Assembly: GCF_000143415.4 (NCBI RefSeq)
Contig: NW_003314261.1
Location: 310,001-374,000 of the forward strand
Length of the DNA stretch: 64,000 nt
DNA from: Selaginella moellendorffii
Taxonomy: Eukaryota; Plantae; Lycopodiophyta
Reading direction: 5' to 3'
Part shown: positions 25,303-36,704 of the stretch, piece after piece
Numbering within the stretch: position 1 is the first letter of the stretch
Layout: each line of letters starts with the position of its first letter
Made by a program: the position numbers and the translations under genes
Notes under the pieces: generated by a model
The model's database searches: none
What the model was told of the DNA's origin: nothing
Seen by the model: only the letters and a program-made list of their open reading frames with translations

Positions 25303-27782
25303 CTAAACTCCCACCATAGTGACCTAGACTTTGTATAGAAGACCTAATGGCCACACTTGATGCTAGGTAAAAGTCTTGAGGATCACCAATATCTTCATGA
25401 CTACAGGTAAGTCAAGCTCTTGATGTATATGTGTTGGAATGATGTTGGTTCCAAAGCTAGAGTCAATGATCACATTTTGGATCACATGGAGTCTAGCCTT
25501 TGCCATGCAAAAGAATGCTTCAAGATTGATCTTCCTCGTCTCATTGATAATATGCATATCAACTTGTTGGAGCTCTTGTAAAATGTGCTGGAAAAGAAGC
25601 GGTTTGTTGGTGACACCAACAAATTGATCCAACACTTGTGGAGCAAGTTGAAAAAGTTGGAGAAGATCAAGGCTCAATTGCATCAACTTCAAATCCTTAA
25701 TTAGTGAGTATGGTTGGTGTTATCATGTTTATATGGAATGTGTGGATATTTAAGAGTCATCAAGAGAGGCTATTGCTCAAGCTCTAGAGTCATCTCCAAA
25801 GAAACAACAATGTGAGGAATTTACTCCTTGTAAGCCATCTTTATTTGTGTTAGGACCGATTAATTGAGCATTTCCTTCTCACAAGCTTTCCTATGCATCA
25901 CAGCATAGGAAGCATTTATGGAAGTGATTGCGTTCACCTGACTATCCAAGAGAGGTTGACAATTGTGATCCACCTCTACAAACTCCATATCTTGAAACTT
26001 GCCAGAAATCATTTCCATGCCAACTCCTTGATAATAAATGGATAGAGCTGACCTAACCACATGAACCAAGCCTTGTCCTTGCTGTCTAGCCAGCCTTTTC
26101 CAACATTTGGAAGCTAGGGTTCTCATGGCAGAGCTCTCCAACCCATAACCATTATCCCTCATCAAAGTCATCACCTTGATTGTTGTAGCCAATGTGTTCA
26201 TCCAAGAAGTTCTTGGAAGTGCACTTTTAAATGCTTTTAAACACTTTTAACCTTGTTAATTGCTCCAAGAGTGGTGATGGCTAGCCTCAAAGAAACACTA
26301 TAGCCTTGGCAATACCCAATAAGTTCACTACATTAAAATGGGTAGAAATTAAGTGGGTGCATTGAAAGGGGCATTTTATTACCTTTGGTATACATAGATA
26401 GGTATATTGAGCCTGAGTTGGTTTTGAGCTCATAAGCTCATGAGTTGAGCTCACAACTTCTCAAACATAGAAAAAACATTGGCTTATCCTATACAAATAT
26501 TTTTTACATCTTTTAAATTTTGATTTAATTTATATTTCCAAGTAATATCAACTAATAAAATACAAATATAAATACCAAAAACAATCTAAAAACAAAACTC
26601 AACAACTATAAGGCTTGTCTAGTGGATATGATGGTTGATCTTAGGATCTTGGTTTAATTCCTGCATAGAAATATAATAGATGTGCTTATAGGCTAATAAA
26701 CCTTTCCCCTATTGTCCCTTTATATAATGGATTTTTGTAGATTTAAATAGTGTATTTAGCACCTTTTGACAACTCAGTCACAATAACAAACTCCTTAGCC
26801 ACAACATTAATGTAATTTATCCTTGTGAATATACAGTTCATCTCCTTTGTTAGCTTAATTTTCTTTTTTGCACCTTTCAAAATGGAAAACTTATATTGTA
26901 TAACCTTCCTATTTCTTGTTGGTCATGTATACCAGTATAATGTTGATGTTGGTGGCATAATAGCATTAACATTAACATTTGAAGAACTTTTCAACTTGAA
27001 ACCTACTTTCTCCAAACTTTTAATCTCTTTTATCAAAAAATACTCCTTTGGCACAGAATTTGGCTTTGAGATAATTGAGCTATGGATTTAATTTGTATGA
27101 ATCACATTAGTACCATAATAGAAAATCTAGCTTAACTAGCAACCCTTTACCCTTCCCCAGAAACATGGCACTACTAAAGAACTCAAGCTTGAGAAAATAA
27201 ATGCGAGACACTGACCTTGACTCTAAATCATTCTGGAGCAATATACATTGCTACTAGCACTAATTTTTCAAATTGCCTAGTTGTACAAAAAACTAGTTCA
27301 CAAGCAATAACCTTCTCAACTTTTGGCATTAGATCTAATTAGCACCTTCATTCCACGTTCCTTAAGACCTCTCTAGTATCATGGAATAAAATGGTAGTTA
27401 AACTTTAGATGGTAAAAGTTGAAAGAAATAATGTTAGGTTTATCAAACATCTATTGACATTTTATATGGGCTATCCTAGTATTCCCAAGTGGTTCATAAC
27501 TTAATTCCTTAGGAGTTCCAACAACAATTTCTTCCACCATCTTAGATATTGACTCTACTATTGTAAAGTTTGAACCTTTATAGGCAAACTTTACTTTCTA
27601 TATAACTAAAGCTTTTGATAACTCGCGAAGCAACCCATATAGTGGAATATTCACTAATGACATGGGCCAATAAGAGCAAGTTCAACTATTCCCCCTTTCT
27701 TGGTATCAAAGGGTAATAAAAAATACATATCATAACATTTGTTATATAGAAAGTGATTAGATAGAGAGATTTATTATCTTTT

Positions 27783-28434
27783 TATAGTGCACCCTATTTC
27801 TCTCCACTTATTCTAAGGATCCATGGTGATAGTATATCTAAATCTCATTCCATAATCACATGTGCTACACTTACCCTTTTTCAAAGATGTTAATGTCCTT
27901 ATTGACTATTGACTAACAACCGCTACTGAGCCTAGGGGAATTAACACTTCCATTTTTACACTAAATCTACTAATCTTTCTATTGTGTAGACCAAGCCAAC
28001 TGGAAAAGGGGCAATTGCTTGATGAGAAAGCCCTTAATGGCTATTTTATCCCCATTTATCTCCCAAGGGCTATTCCATGTAAGTCAACTAGTTATCCACC
28101 TGTATTATAGTCCTATGGTGGATACCTTCATCCGTGGATACTCCATATAAAAGGAGTATAGATGCCCAATACATATGATTTCAAATTTTTAGAGGTAGGA
28201 ATATACGTTAATCAAGAGTATATTATATTTTTAAATAGCTATTAATCAATGGAAATTGAATCTGTGCCATTGCTCCGATATCACATATAATACATCTTAT
28301 CTCTCTCTCCAAAAAAGGCAATTGCATAATAAAAGAGCCTTTAGTGGTTATTTTATCTCTATTTATCTCCCAAAGTTCTAAAAACTTATAGTGATAGTAT
28401 ATCCAAATCTCAACCCATTATCACATGTGTTACA
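27783..28434 (-). mobile_element. Second, more decayed copy of the TRIM family
   Basis: Homologous to 10004-10878 in both LTRs and interior. TSD CTTTT (27778-27782, 28435-28439). Degenerate PBS at about 28271-28283. Confidence 0.8.
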
Positions 28435-28921
28435 CTTTTCCATGAATAGTAATAGAATCTTTGAGCTTCTCAGGCATGAGTACCTTGCTACATAGTAGGA
28501 GGGAGCTCAACTCCTAAAGGGCTGAAAGACAATTCTTGGAGGAGACCTAAGCAATATACTTAGGTAAACATTAATAAAGAAAAAAGGCCAAATAGCAGGT
28601 GATAAGAGGACTTTCAATATCTAACTTCCAATGGACTTGCTAAAAGACCTACACCAACATCACTAATAATAGCCACATTAGGAGTTGGGTTACTAGGAGG
28701 CTTTAAGGAAATGCCAAGAACCTCCCTAACTTTTCTAGAGTTAGCAAAAAGGCCTCAAATGACCGTAAAGGGTGGTTGAGGTATTAGATTCTTTAATGAG
28801 GAAAAATTTTAGAATTAGGGATTTGTAACAAACTAAAAGAAGCTGTTATATGATGATTTCACCTCCTTCCATAGGGCTAAAGAGCCTCATAGAGGAAGAA
28901 GGTGTGGATTTCAGTCACCAT

Positions 28922-30579
28922 TGTGAGACACAAAATCCCTAGGCCCCAAAGTGGAGCCGGAAGGGCGCCACATGGTAGTGGCCGAAGCGAGAGCCAAATG
29001 AGCGTAACACGTTTGGACCAAAAGCTCCGACTTGAAAAGTCAAGAGCAAGAGTGGAACTCCCAACGAAGTGCTCGAGGAACGAGCACGAAACGAGCAAAA
29101 GGTGAGGCTCCAAAAAGGGACCCAAAAGGACCAACACATGACACGTGGGAGTGTCCGAGATGGACTCTAGTTGGAGTCCGAAATGGAGTCCGAGATGGAC
29201 CCGAGATGGAGTCCGAGTTGGAGTCCGAAGTGGAGTCCGAGATGGACCCGAGATGGAGTCCGAGATGGAGTCCGAGGTGGAGTCCGAGGTGGACCCGAGA
29301 TGGACCCGAAATGGAGTCCGAGATGTACCCGAAATGCAGTCCGAGATGGAGTCCGAGATGGACCCGAGATGGAGTCCGAAGTCGAGACCAAGACCGGGAC
29401 CGAGACCGGGACCGAGACCGAGACCGAGACCGAGATCGGGACCGAGACCGAGACCGAGGCCGAGGCCGAGACCGAGCCCGAGCCCGAGTCCGAGCCCGAG
29501 CCCGAGTCCGAGTCCGAATCCGAGTCCGAGTCCGAGTCCGAGTCCGAGTCCGAGTCCGAGTCCGAGTCCGAGTCCGGAGCCTAAGAGGGTGAAAGCCCAA
29601 AGCGTTCGTCTCCCAGACCCTGGGGGGTTTGGTGAGCTCCAAAAGTATAGTAAGGGGAGGACTGCAGTGGAGCCAGTTTGGCCAGGAAAGGCCAGTTTGG
29701 CCCAGGAAGGCCGGACCCAGTGTTAGGTGATGAGATGCCCACTGGGAAGTCCAAGACTAGAGTGAACACGGACCGACAAGCGGGGTAGCTTGGTGAAGTG
29801 TTCAAGAGCCGGCTCTAGTTCCCCCGGGAGATCGACTGGCCGATGCTCCCAGTCCAAGTGTGGGTGGCACTACCTACTTGGATACCTGGTGTGGCTCAAT
29901 GGAACCCGCTTTAAGCCCATGGCTAGAGCACCCAAGGGCAGAAGGCGAGGAGAGTACCCAGGTGGCTCGCGTAAGGCCACGGTGTTCCGAAATGTTGTCC
30001 CAAAGGCCCAGACTGTGGAAAGGAAGAGGAGCAGTCCTCTGGGGTAGTGACCAAGGACACAGTCGTGTGGTGAGGAAGTCCCAGAGGACCGTGGGACTTA
30101 GTGGTCGGGCCTGTGGGTCTCGATCCAGTGGCAGTGTTGGCAAACACGGCCAGGGGCAGAAAGGGACTTAATGGGGACTGACAGAGGGATATTGGGGAAG
30201 GCTATTCCCCTTATCGGTGGGCATCCTAAGGATGCTAAGGAGTGGATCTGAAATGACCACTCACGGATGGTTTGCCTAGTCTTGGAGGGCCAAGACGGAG
30301 ATGCAAGTGGTGTTGGACCACCAGTGTGACCAAGGTAAATGGGCATGGCCTTAGCGTAACGGGCCGGTACGTCGGTGATACCTTGGGGTGTCGATCATGG
30401 GATCGGACACGTGGAGCACTTGGACCAAGTGCTAAGGTTGAGTGGCATGGATGCCATTCTCGGGGCTAGCAAGCCCCAAGTCCTGAGTTGGACTTATGGA
30501 GGTTGTCAATGAGACTCCTCCAAGTGGTCAGACGTGTGGTTAAGTGACTAAAGTAAAATGGAAAATTTAGTCGCTTACA
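28922..30579 (+). mobile_element. Solo LTR, family C (young, CpG-rich copy)
   Basis: TGTGAG...CTTACA ends, perfect TSD ACCAT (28917-28921, 30580-30584), and colinearity with 30791-33517. Confidence 0.88.
29154..29578 (+). repeat. Compound 12-bp/6-bp minisatellite (GATGGAGTCCGA)n-(GACCGA)n-(GCCCGA)n-(GTCCGA)n
   Basis: Directly visible; it generates spurious RD/RV/PS/ES repeat ORFs. Confidence 0.95.
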
Positions 30580-30790
30580 ACCATTTAGTAGAAGAGGTAA
30601 AGAATGATGCAACTTCACAATGCCACAGTAGGAGATTCCTTCGAGTGGAAGTGGATAGAATTGTGAGGGTCCTCAAAAATTTGGCTATGGAGGTGGATGC
30701 AATGTTTGTGGGGGACAAAGATCACAATTTCCACAATCAAGTTATTTGGAAAGTTCTAGTAGTGAAAATATTAAAAGCCTATGGGTATAT

Positions 30791-33517
30791 TGTGAGATAC
30801 AAATCCCTAAGCCCCAAAGTGGAGCCGAAAGGGTGCCACATGGTAGTGGTCAAAGTGAAAGCCAAACGAGTGGAACACATTTGGATTAAAAGCTTTGACT
30901 TGAAAAGTCAAGAGCAAGAGTGGAACTCCCAATGAAATGCTCAAGGGATAAGTTTGAAGTGAGTAATAAATGAGTCTTTAGAAAAGGGACAAAAGAGGAC
31001 TAACACATGATATGTGGAAGTGTTGAAATGGACATGAGATGGAATTTGAGATGGAGTCTGAGATGGACCTGAGATGGAGTTTGAGATGGACCTAAGATAG
31101 AGTTTGACATGGATCTGAGATAAAGTCCGAGATGGACCTAAAATGGAGTCCGAGATAGAGTCTAAGATGGACTTGAGATAGAGTCTGTGATGGAGTCCAA
31201 GATGGACTTGAGATGGGCCCAAGATGGAGTTCGAGATGGACCTGAGATAGAGTCTGAGATGGACCTGAGATGGACCTGAGATGGAGTCCGAGATGGACTG
31301 AGATAGAGTCCAAGATAGAGTCTGAGATGGACTTGAGATGGAGTCCGAGATGGACCTGAAATGAAGTTTGAAATGGAACCGAGACTAAAACCGAGTTTGA
31401 GTCTGAGATTGAGACCGAGTCTGAGTCTAAGTCTAAATACTAATACAGGCTATTGGGTGAAAGCCCAAAAGCGATCGTCCTCTAGGGGGCTGAAAGGGGT
31501 TCCAAAAGTATAGTAGGGAGAGTGTGCGGGTTGGACCTCAGTGGAGCTAGTTTGGACAGGAAAAGCTAGGAAGGCTATGCCTATATATTAGGTAATGATA
31601 TATCCACTAAGGAGTCCAAGGCTAAAGTGAATATGGACAGACAAGTGGGTTAGTTTGGTGAAGTGTTCAAGACCCAGTTGTAGTTCCCCTGGGAGATCGA
31701 ATGGTTAATGCTCCCAGTCCAAGCATGGGTGGCACTACTTTAATACTTAGCATAGCTCAATGAAACTTTGCTCTAGCCTTATGGCTAGAGCATCCAAAAG
31801 CGGAAGGTGGAAAGAGTACTTATGAGGCTTGTGTAGGGCCACGATGTTTCGAATGTTGTCTTAAAGTCCCAGACTGTGTGTTGTGAATGTGACTTCGGGT
31901 ATCAAAAGTTACTTATCAGCCAGTCCTTACAGACACTCTTTCCTTACTGCCACGACGGTAGGAGGTCGGTATTGCTGAACCCGTTATTAGTCTCCACCTA
32001 AACTAGTTGAGAAACTGGTCATCACATGTGCACTTAGACCGGAAGGGAACTAAGGAAGGAAATCCTATGTTGTCATTTAGTCAAGCATACTTAGCACAGT
32101 GACAAGAAACTCATGTTGTTGACTTGCACTTGTTAGTGTTGAGAACCCCTGCGATATTGAGATTGGTCCCCCAATATCGCCAGATGATAGCTTACTGTGT
32201 CTGCCAAACACTTTTGCTATCATGCCCTTTGTGTTAGTCTCATTTCGGTCTCAAATGCTATTTATGGAATGTGTTTAGATTTGCTCATTTGGCATATCTA
32301 CGGAATGTAGAGATTGTTTTGAACACAATGGTGTTCATCTCGTATCCAAATTTGCAATCTAGTGCCATTCCATATTTAGTAAGTTTCGAGCTTGTCCCAG
32401 AGACTAACTCCTGATACTAAAAGAGGCATGGGGTGAAAGCCCAAAGCGTGTGTTCCTCAAGGGGGGGGGGGGGGCTATGGGGGGTTCCAAATGTATAATA
32501 GGGATAGTGGGTAGGTTGGGCATGACTGACTAACCTGAGGCATAGTCTAGCTCCCGCTTGCTTGCCTGTCCTTGTTTTGCATTTGGCTTGGGTCTAAGCC
32601 CAAGTTTCATTCCATGTTAGCTAGTGGAGTACCTGTTAGGCCACCGGTATGCCGAAATATCACCAGACTCCATTTGGCTCCATTTGGCCTACTGGTCCTA
32701 ACATTGGGATGCTGGTTACTCTAGGATTGTTCTAAGTCGCTCCGAGCTTCTGTCCCTTCACTCCTTGGGCTATATGCTCGGGAGTCGTTTCGTGCTCTAG
32801 TGCTAATGCTCCTTGGCTCCATGTTTGAGAGTTTGGCACCGTTCCTTTGTTCAATGGCCCAAGGCCTTGAACCTCGGGTTCCACACCACTATCCTTTGGA
32901 CACATAGCATAAAGAGGGTTTAGGTTCCGCTTTGTGGTGTTATCCTATGGTAAATCACCATAGGATAAAGGGTAAAAACCACGTGTGCTACACTGTGGAA
33001 AAAAAAAGGGAGCAATTCTCTAATATAGTGATCAAGGATATAGTCATATGGTGAGGATGTCCCAGAGGACAATGGAATTTAGTGGTCGAGCCTATAAGCC
33101 TTGATCCAGTGGTAGTGTTAGCAAACACGACCATGGATAGAAAGGGACTTGGTGGGGACTGAAAAAAGAATATAGGGGAAGGTTGTTCCCTATATCTATG
33201 GGCATTCTAAGGATGCTAAGGAGTGGATCTGGGATGATCACTCATGAACGGATGGCCCAGTTTTTGAGAAACAAGACTATGATGTAAATGGTGTTGGACC
33301 ACCGGTGTGACAAAAATGAATGGACATGGCCTTAGCGTAATGGGTTGATACCTTTGGATGTTAGTCATGAGATCAGACATATATAAATGCCATTCTCGGG
33401 ACTAATATGTCCCCAAATCCGGGATAGGACTTATGGAGGTTGTGAATGAGATTTCTATAAGTGGTCGAAGGTGTGGTTAAATGATTAAAGTAGAATGGAA
33501 AAATTTAATCACTTATA
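30791..33517 (+). mobile_element. Solo LTR, family C (older, CpG-decayed copy) with a nested family A solo LTR
   Basis: TGTGAG...CTTATA ends, near-TSD TATAT/TGTAT, and homology to 28922-30579 on both sides of the nested insert. Confidence 0.82.
31879..32992 (+). mobile_element. Solo LTR, family A (same family as the LARD LTRs, opposite orientation)
   Basis: Reverse complement of 22861-23987. TGT...ACA ends and perfect TSD CTGTG (31874-31878, 32993-32997). The empty site (AGACTGTGGAA) is visible in the other family C copy at about 30010. Confidence 0.92.
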
Positions 33518-34907
33518 TGTATATAGAAAGGATGCAACCAAAAGGTAAGATATCCTAATTGGTCCTTGAGGTAGAGTGTCCTTTCTACATATGCCCTTGG
33601 GCCTTTGATGTCTTTATTAGTGAAACTTTTCAAATGACTTGATGGTGGAAATTGTGATTTTTGCCCCTTATAGTGATTATATCCACCTCTATAACTAAAT
33701 TTCAAAAAACCTTTATAATTCCATCCAATTCCACCTTTTGCTATGGCATTGTGAGGTTGCTTCTTTCTACTTATGCCTATTGGGCCTTTGACCTGTTCTA
33801 TTCTAGGAGCTTATGGTGTAGTAGTTCCAAACAACCATGAATGCAGAGATGCTAATTGAGGCAATTAAGTTGGCTAGATCCTTAAAGAATTAGTTGCAAG
33901 AAAAAACTTCATAATAAGAGATAAAGATCTCAATGCTTGAGAAATAGGTATGAATGATCTTTAGTGCTAGAAAATATAGGACTTGTTAGGAGGCATAGAG
34001 GGAAATTAAAAGAGGAGTCTAAATAGGAATTTGAGGAGTTCATTAAGGGAGTTAAACCTCATTCCTATAGAGTAGCAAGTATAGGCATTTTCTACTTCAA
34101 CATTAAAAGTAAAGAGATATGAGGAGCCAAAGGTGGCAATGAATAGGCAAGAAACAGAGAGGAGATCTTAAGTAGTCAAGTTCAAGATGAAGAAGTGGTT
34201 ATAAAAAAAATACAAGGTGAAAAGAAATTTACAATCTAACAAAAGAGAATAGCTAGAGGAAGACATGTGAAGCTAGAATGGCTAGCAGATAACAAGGATA
34301 AAAGAAGCAAAATTCCAGCTAAGAGAAGTTAAAAGAGAAGGAAAAGCCAACATAGGGATAATCAACTTCCAAGACAAAAGATTCCATATCATCCATAGGA
34401 GTGGAATTTATGAATTGAGTAGCATTTTGGTGAGGATGTAATTGGCCTTGCATCCTAGGTGGTGGCAAGGTGATATAGTTGTATTGTCCTAACCCTAGAA
34501 ACCGTTGAAAGCATATGGCACTAGGGCAAGGAGAGGAAATCCACTAGAATATTCCTTTTGTGATTTGGGCACTTAAGATCTTTGCTACAAGACAAAGCTC
34601 GGATGAGGATTTGCAATTCGATTTTAGGAGATTTGGCTAGGAGTATGAGATATAAGGAGGATGGTAGGGAAGGGTTAAAGCATTTAAAAGTGTTTAACAA
34701 TGTTTACTTGTAGAATTATAATAAAGTGTATTTTCTAGAGGGATTTCATAGCCTGCCAATGGGAATATGGTGACCTTAACCTTGTGTGTGAACATTCTAC
34801 TAGTGGCAACACAAGCTTTAGATTAGTGATCTTGAATCTAAGAGTGTTCTTGAGGAGTTACATCTTCATAGTGTTCTTCTAGGAGGATTGAGAGGTTTTA
34901 AGGTACG

Positions 34908-36600
34908 TGTAAGCCACAAATTTTTCCTTTCCAATTTGTCAGCTTACCTCGTTTATCCGACCAACACCGCTTTGGCTTGTGCTAAGTTCCCTCACCAAGA
35001 TTCCCACTTATTGTACCAGCTCCTACTTGGTCTTACTTAGTTTCAACTACTCACTGCACGAGCAATAGAACGTTAGCCATCCATCCATGGATTCCCAAAT
35101 CTCTCCCAATCCCCCTCCCTAGGTTAGACTGGACTTAAGGTTCGGCTACACTCCCCGCAAGCATAAGCAGCCAAGCACACCAAGCCTCTAGATTCCTAAC
35201 ATCCCTTGGTACAACAAGACTTGATCATGAGACCCTCTAAATCCCAAGCCTTGGGTGCAACACTTGCTTTGGGACACTAGGGTGAAACACTATTAGGTCG
35301 TGGCCTAACGACCCGGTATGGGTACCTCTAAACCCCGCCCCCCTCCCCCCCCCCACCCCCCCACTTCCATCCCAAAGGGAGGCCTAAGCCCCTAAAAAGG
35401 GCGAGGACCAATGAGCTGCAAGATACTCAAGTGGGGCACCACTCCACATGAGCCGGGAGCATTGCAGTCGGTTTCCCTTTCGCGAGTGGGAGCTGCTCTT
35501 GAGCACTTCCTTGGGTGGCCCTGCCGACACCACCCAAGTCCATGCTCACTCCCACCTAAGGCCCCTCGACCCCAATCTCAACCTCAAGTCAGTTTCGAAG
35601 CACTACTAGAGAGTTCCTTCAAAACTAGTTCCTATACCTCACTATCCCTACTATACTTCTGGAACCCCCTGCAGCCCCCCCCCCCCCCCCCCCCTTGAGA
35701 GACACACGCTTTGGGCTTTCCCCCCTTGACCTGGATTAATACTTGGACTCGGTCTCGGACTCGATCTTAGACTCGATCTCGGACCCGATCTCAAACTCGA
35801 CTTCAAACTTGACCTCAAACTCAATCTCGGACCCGATCCCGGATCTCAGACTCTGTCTCGAACTCGGTCTCCGAATCGGCCTCGGACTCGATCCCAAACT
35901 CTATCTCGAACTCGGTCTCAAAGTCGGTCTTGGACTTGATTTCAAACTCAATCCCATCCGATGAACTCTTTGTCATTTCGGTCATGCTTTCGGGGATCCT
36001 TTAGCTTACGACATCTCAGGGAGTTGGTTCCTTACAACTCCACTACCCATAGAAGAAGTTCAATGCCCACATTGAACGTCTCTTTTTATCCTATGACTTG
36101 TTGACCATGTCTCTGGGGGCATCCCCCCATTTAGCAGTGTGCCTAAATTAGCCTCCCCGACCAAGAGCCCATGACAATGGAGTATAGGTGTTCCTATACC
36201 CCTTACTTTATCACGCCCTAGTATGGGGTTGGGACTAGAACCCAACCTTGCTTTACTAGGGGGTTGGGACTTGAACCTAACCTCTATAGAATACGTTTAC
36301 GGATTCGACATCCCCATGGGGAGTCGAATGTAGTTTTCTACTCCTGGTTGATATAGCTAATGCATGCTAATTAGCTTATCTTTGGCACACCTTTGGGTCC
36401 TAACATATGCCATTGCTCAACTTCACAATTTGATACTTTAATTGAACTTTGCATAAATACATAGAGTTCTACTTTGCAAAAATTCTTCCACTAGATCTCA
36501 CATATTCGTTAAGTTCTCCTCCAATTCCCATGTGGTTCCCATTTTTTGGAGTGGCCCACATGGCAGCAAATAGAGGTGAATTCAACTGTTCACCTGGGTG
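34908..36600 (-). mobile_element. 3' end of a second family B chromovirus: 3' LTR (34908-36036), PPT region and degenerate chromodomain
   Basis: The LTR is colinear with 24152-25302. A purine-rich tract abuts it at about 36037-36050 on minus. About 36480-36575 translates LYLLPCGPLQKMGTTWELEENLTNM*DLVEEF, resembling the chromodomain TWEPEENL..EF motif. Confidence 0.7.
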
Positions 36601-36704
36601 GTACAAGTACTTGCTTTCTTCCACTACTATTTAACTTTGCCACCTTTTTGTTTTTATGGAATTCTTTGGAAGGAGCATGTGATAAGCTGACTATATTATT
36701 TAGT

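Noticed and set aside
26611-26663. tRNA or tRNA-derived SINE remnant (A/B-box-like TTGTCTAGTGG...GGTTTAATTCC)
   Set aside because: Too degenerate and too short; no cloverleaf, tail or TSD.
25340-27700. Host genes in short ORFs between the TE units
   Set aside because: Stop-riddled AT-rich relics, probably old TE fragments; no domain could be assigned.
29154-29578. CRISPR-like array
   Set aside because: Contiguous tandem units with no unique spacers, in a eukaryotic context.
29032-29726. SR-like, extensin-like or acidic repeat proteins in the ORF track (also 24821-25270, 30941-31313, 35743-35964)
   Set aside because: Artefacts of stop-free hexamer arrays inside LTRs.
24152-36036. One full-length element bounded by the two family B LTRs
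   Set aside because: The PBS lies left of 24152 and the PPT/chromodomain right of 36036, i.e. outside the interval, and there is no TSD. The LTRs belong to two separate truncated elements.
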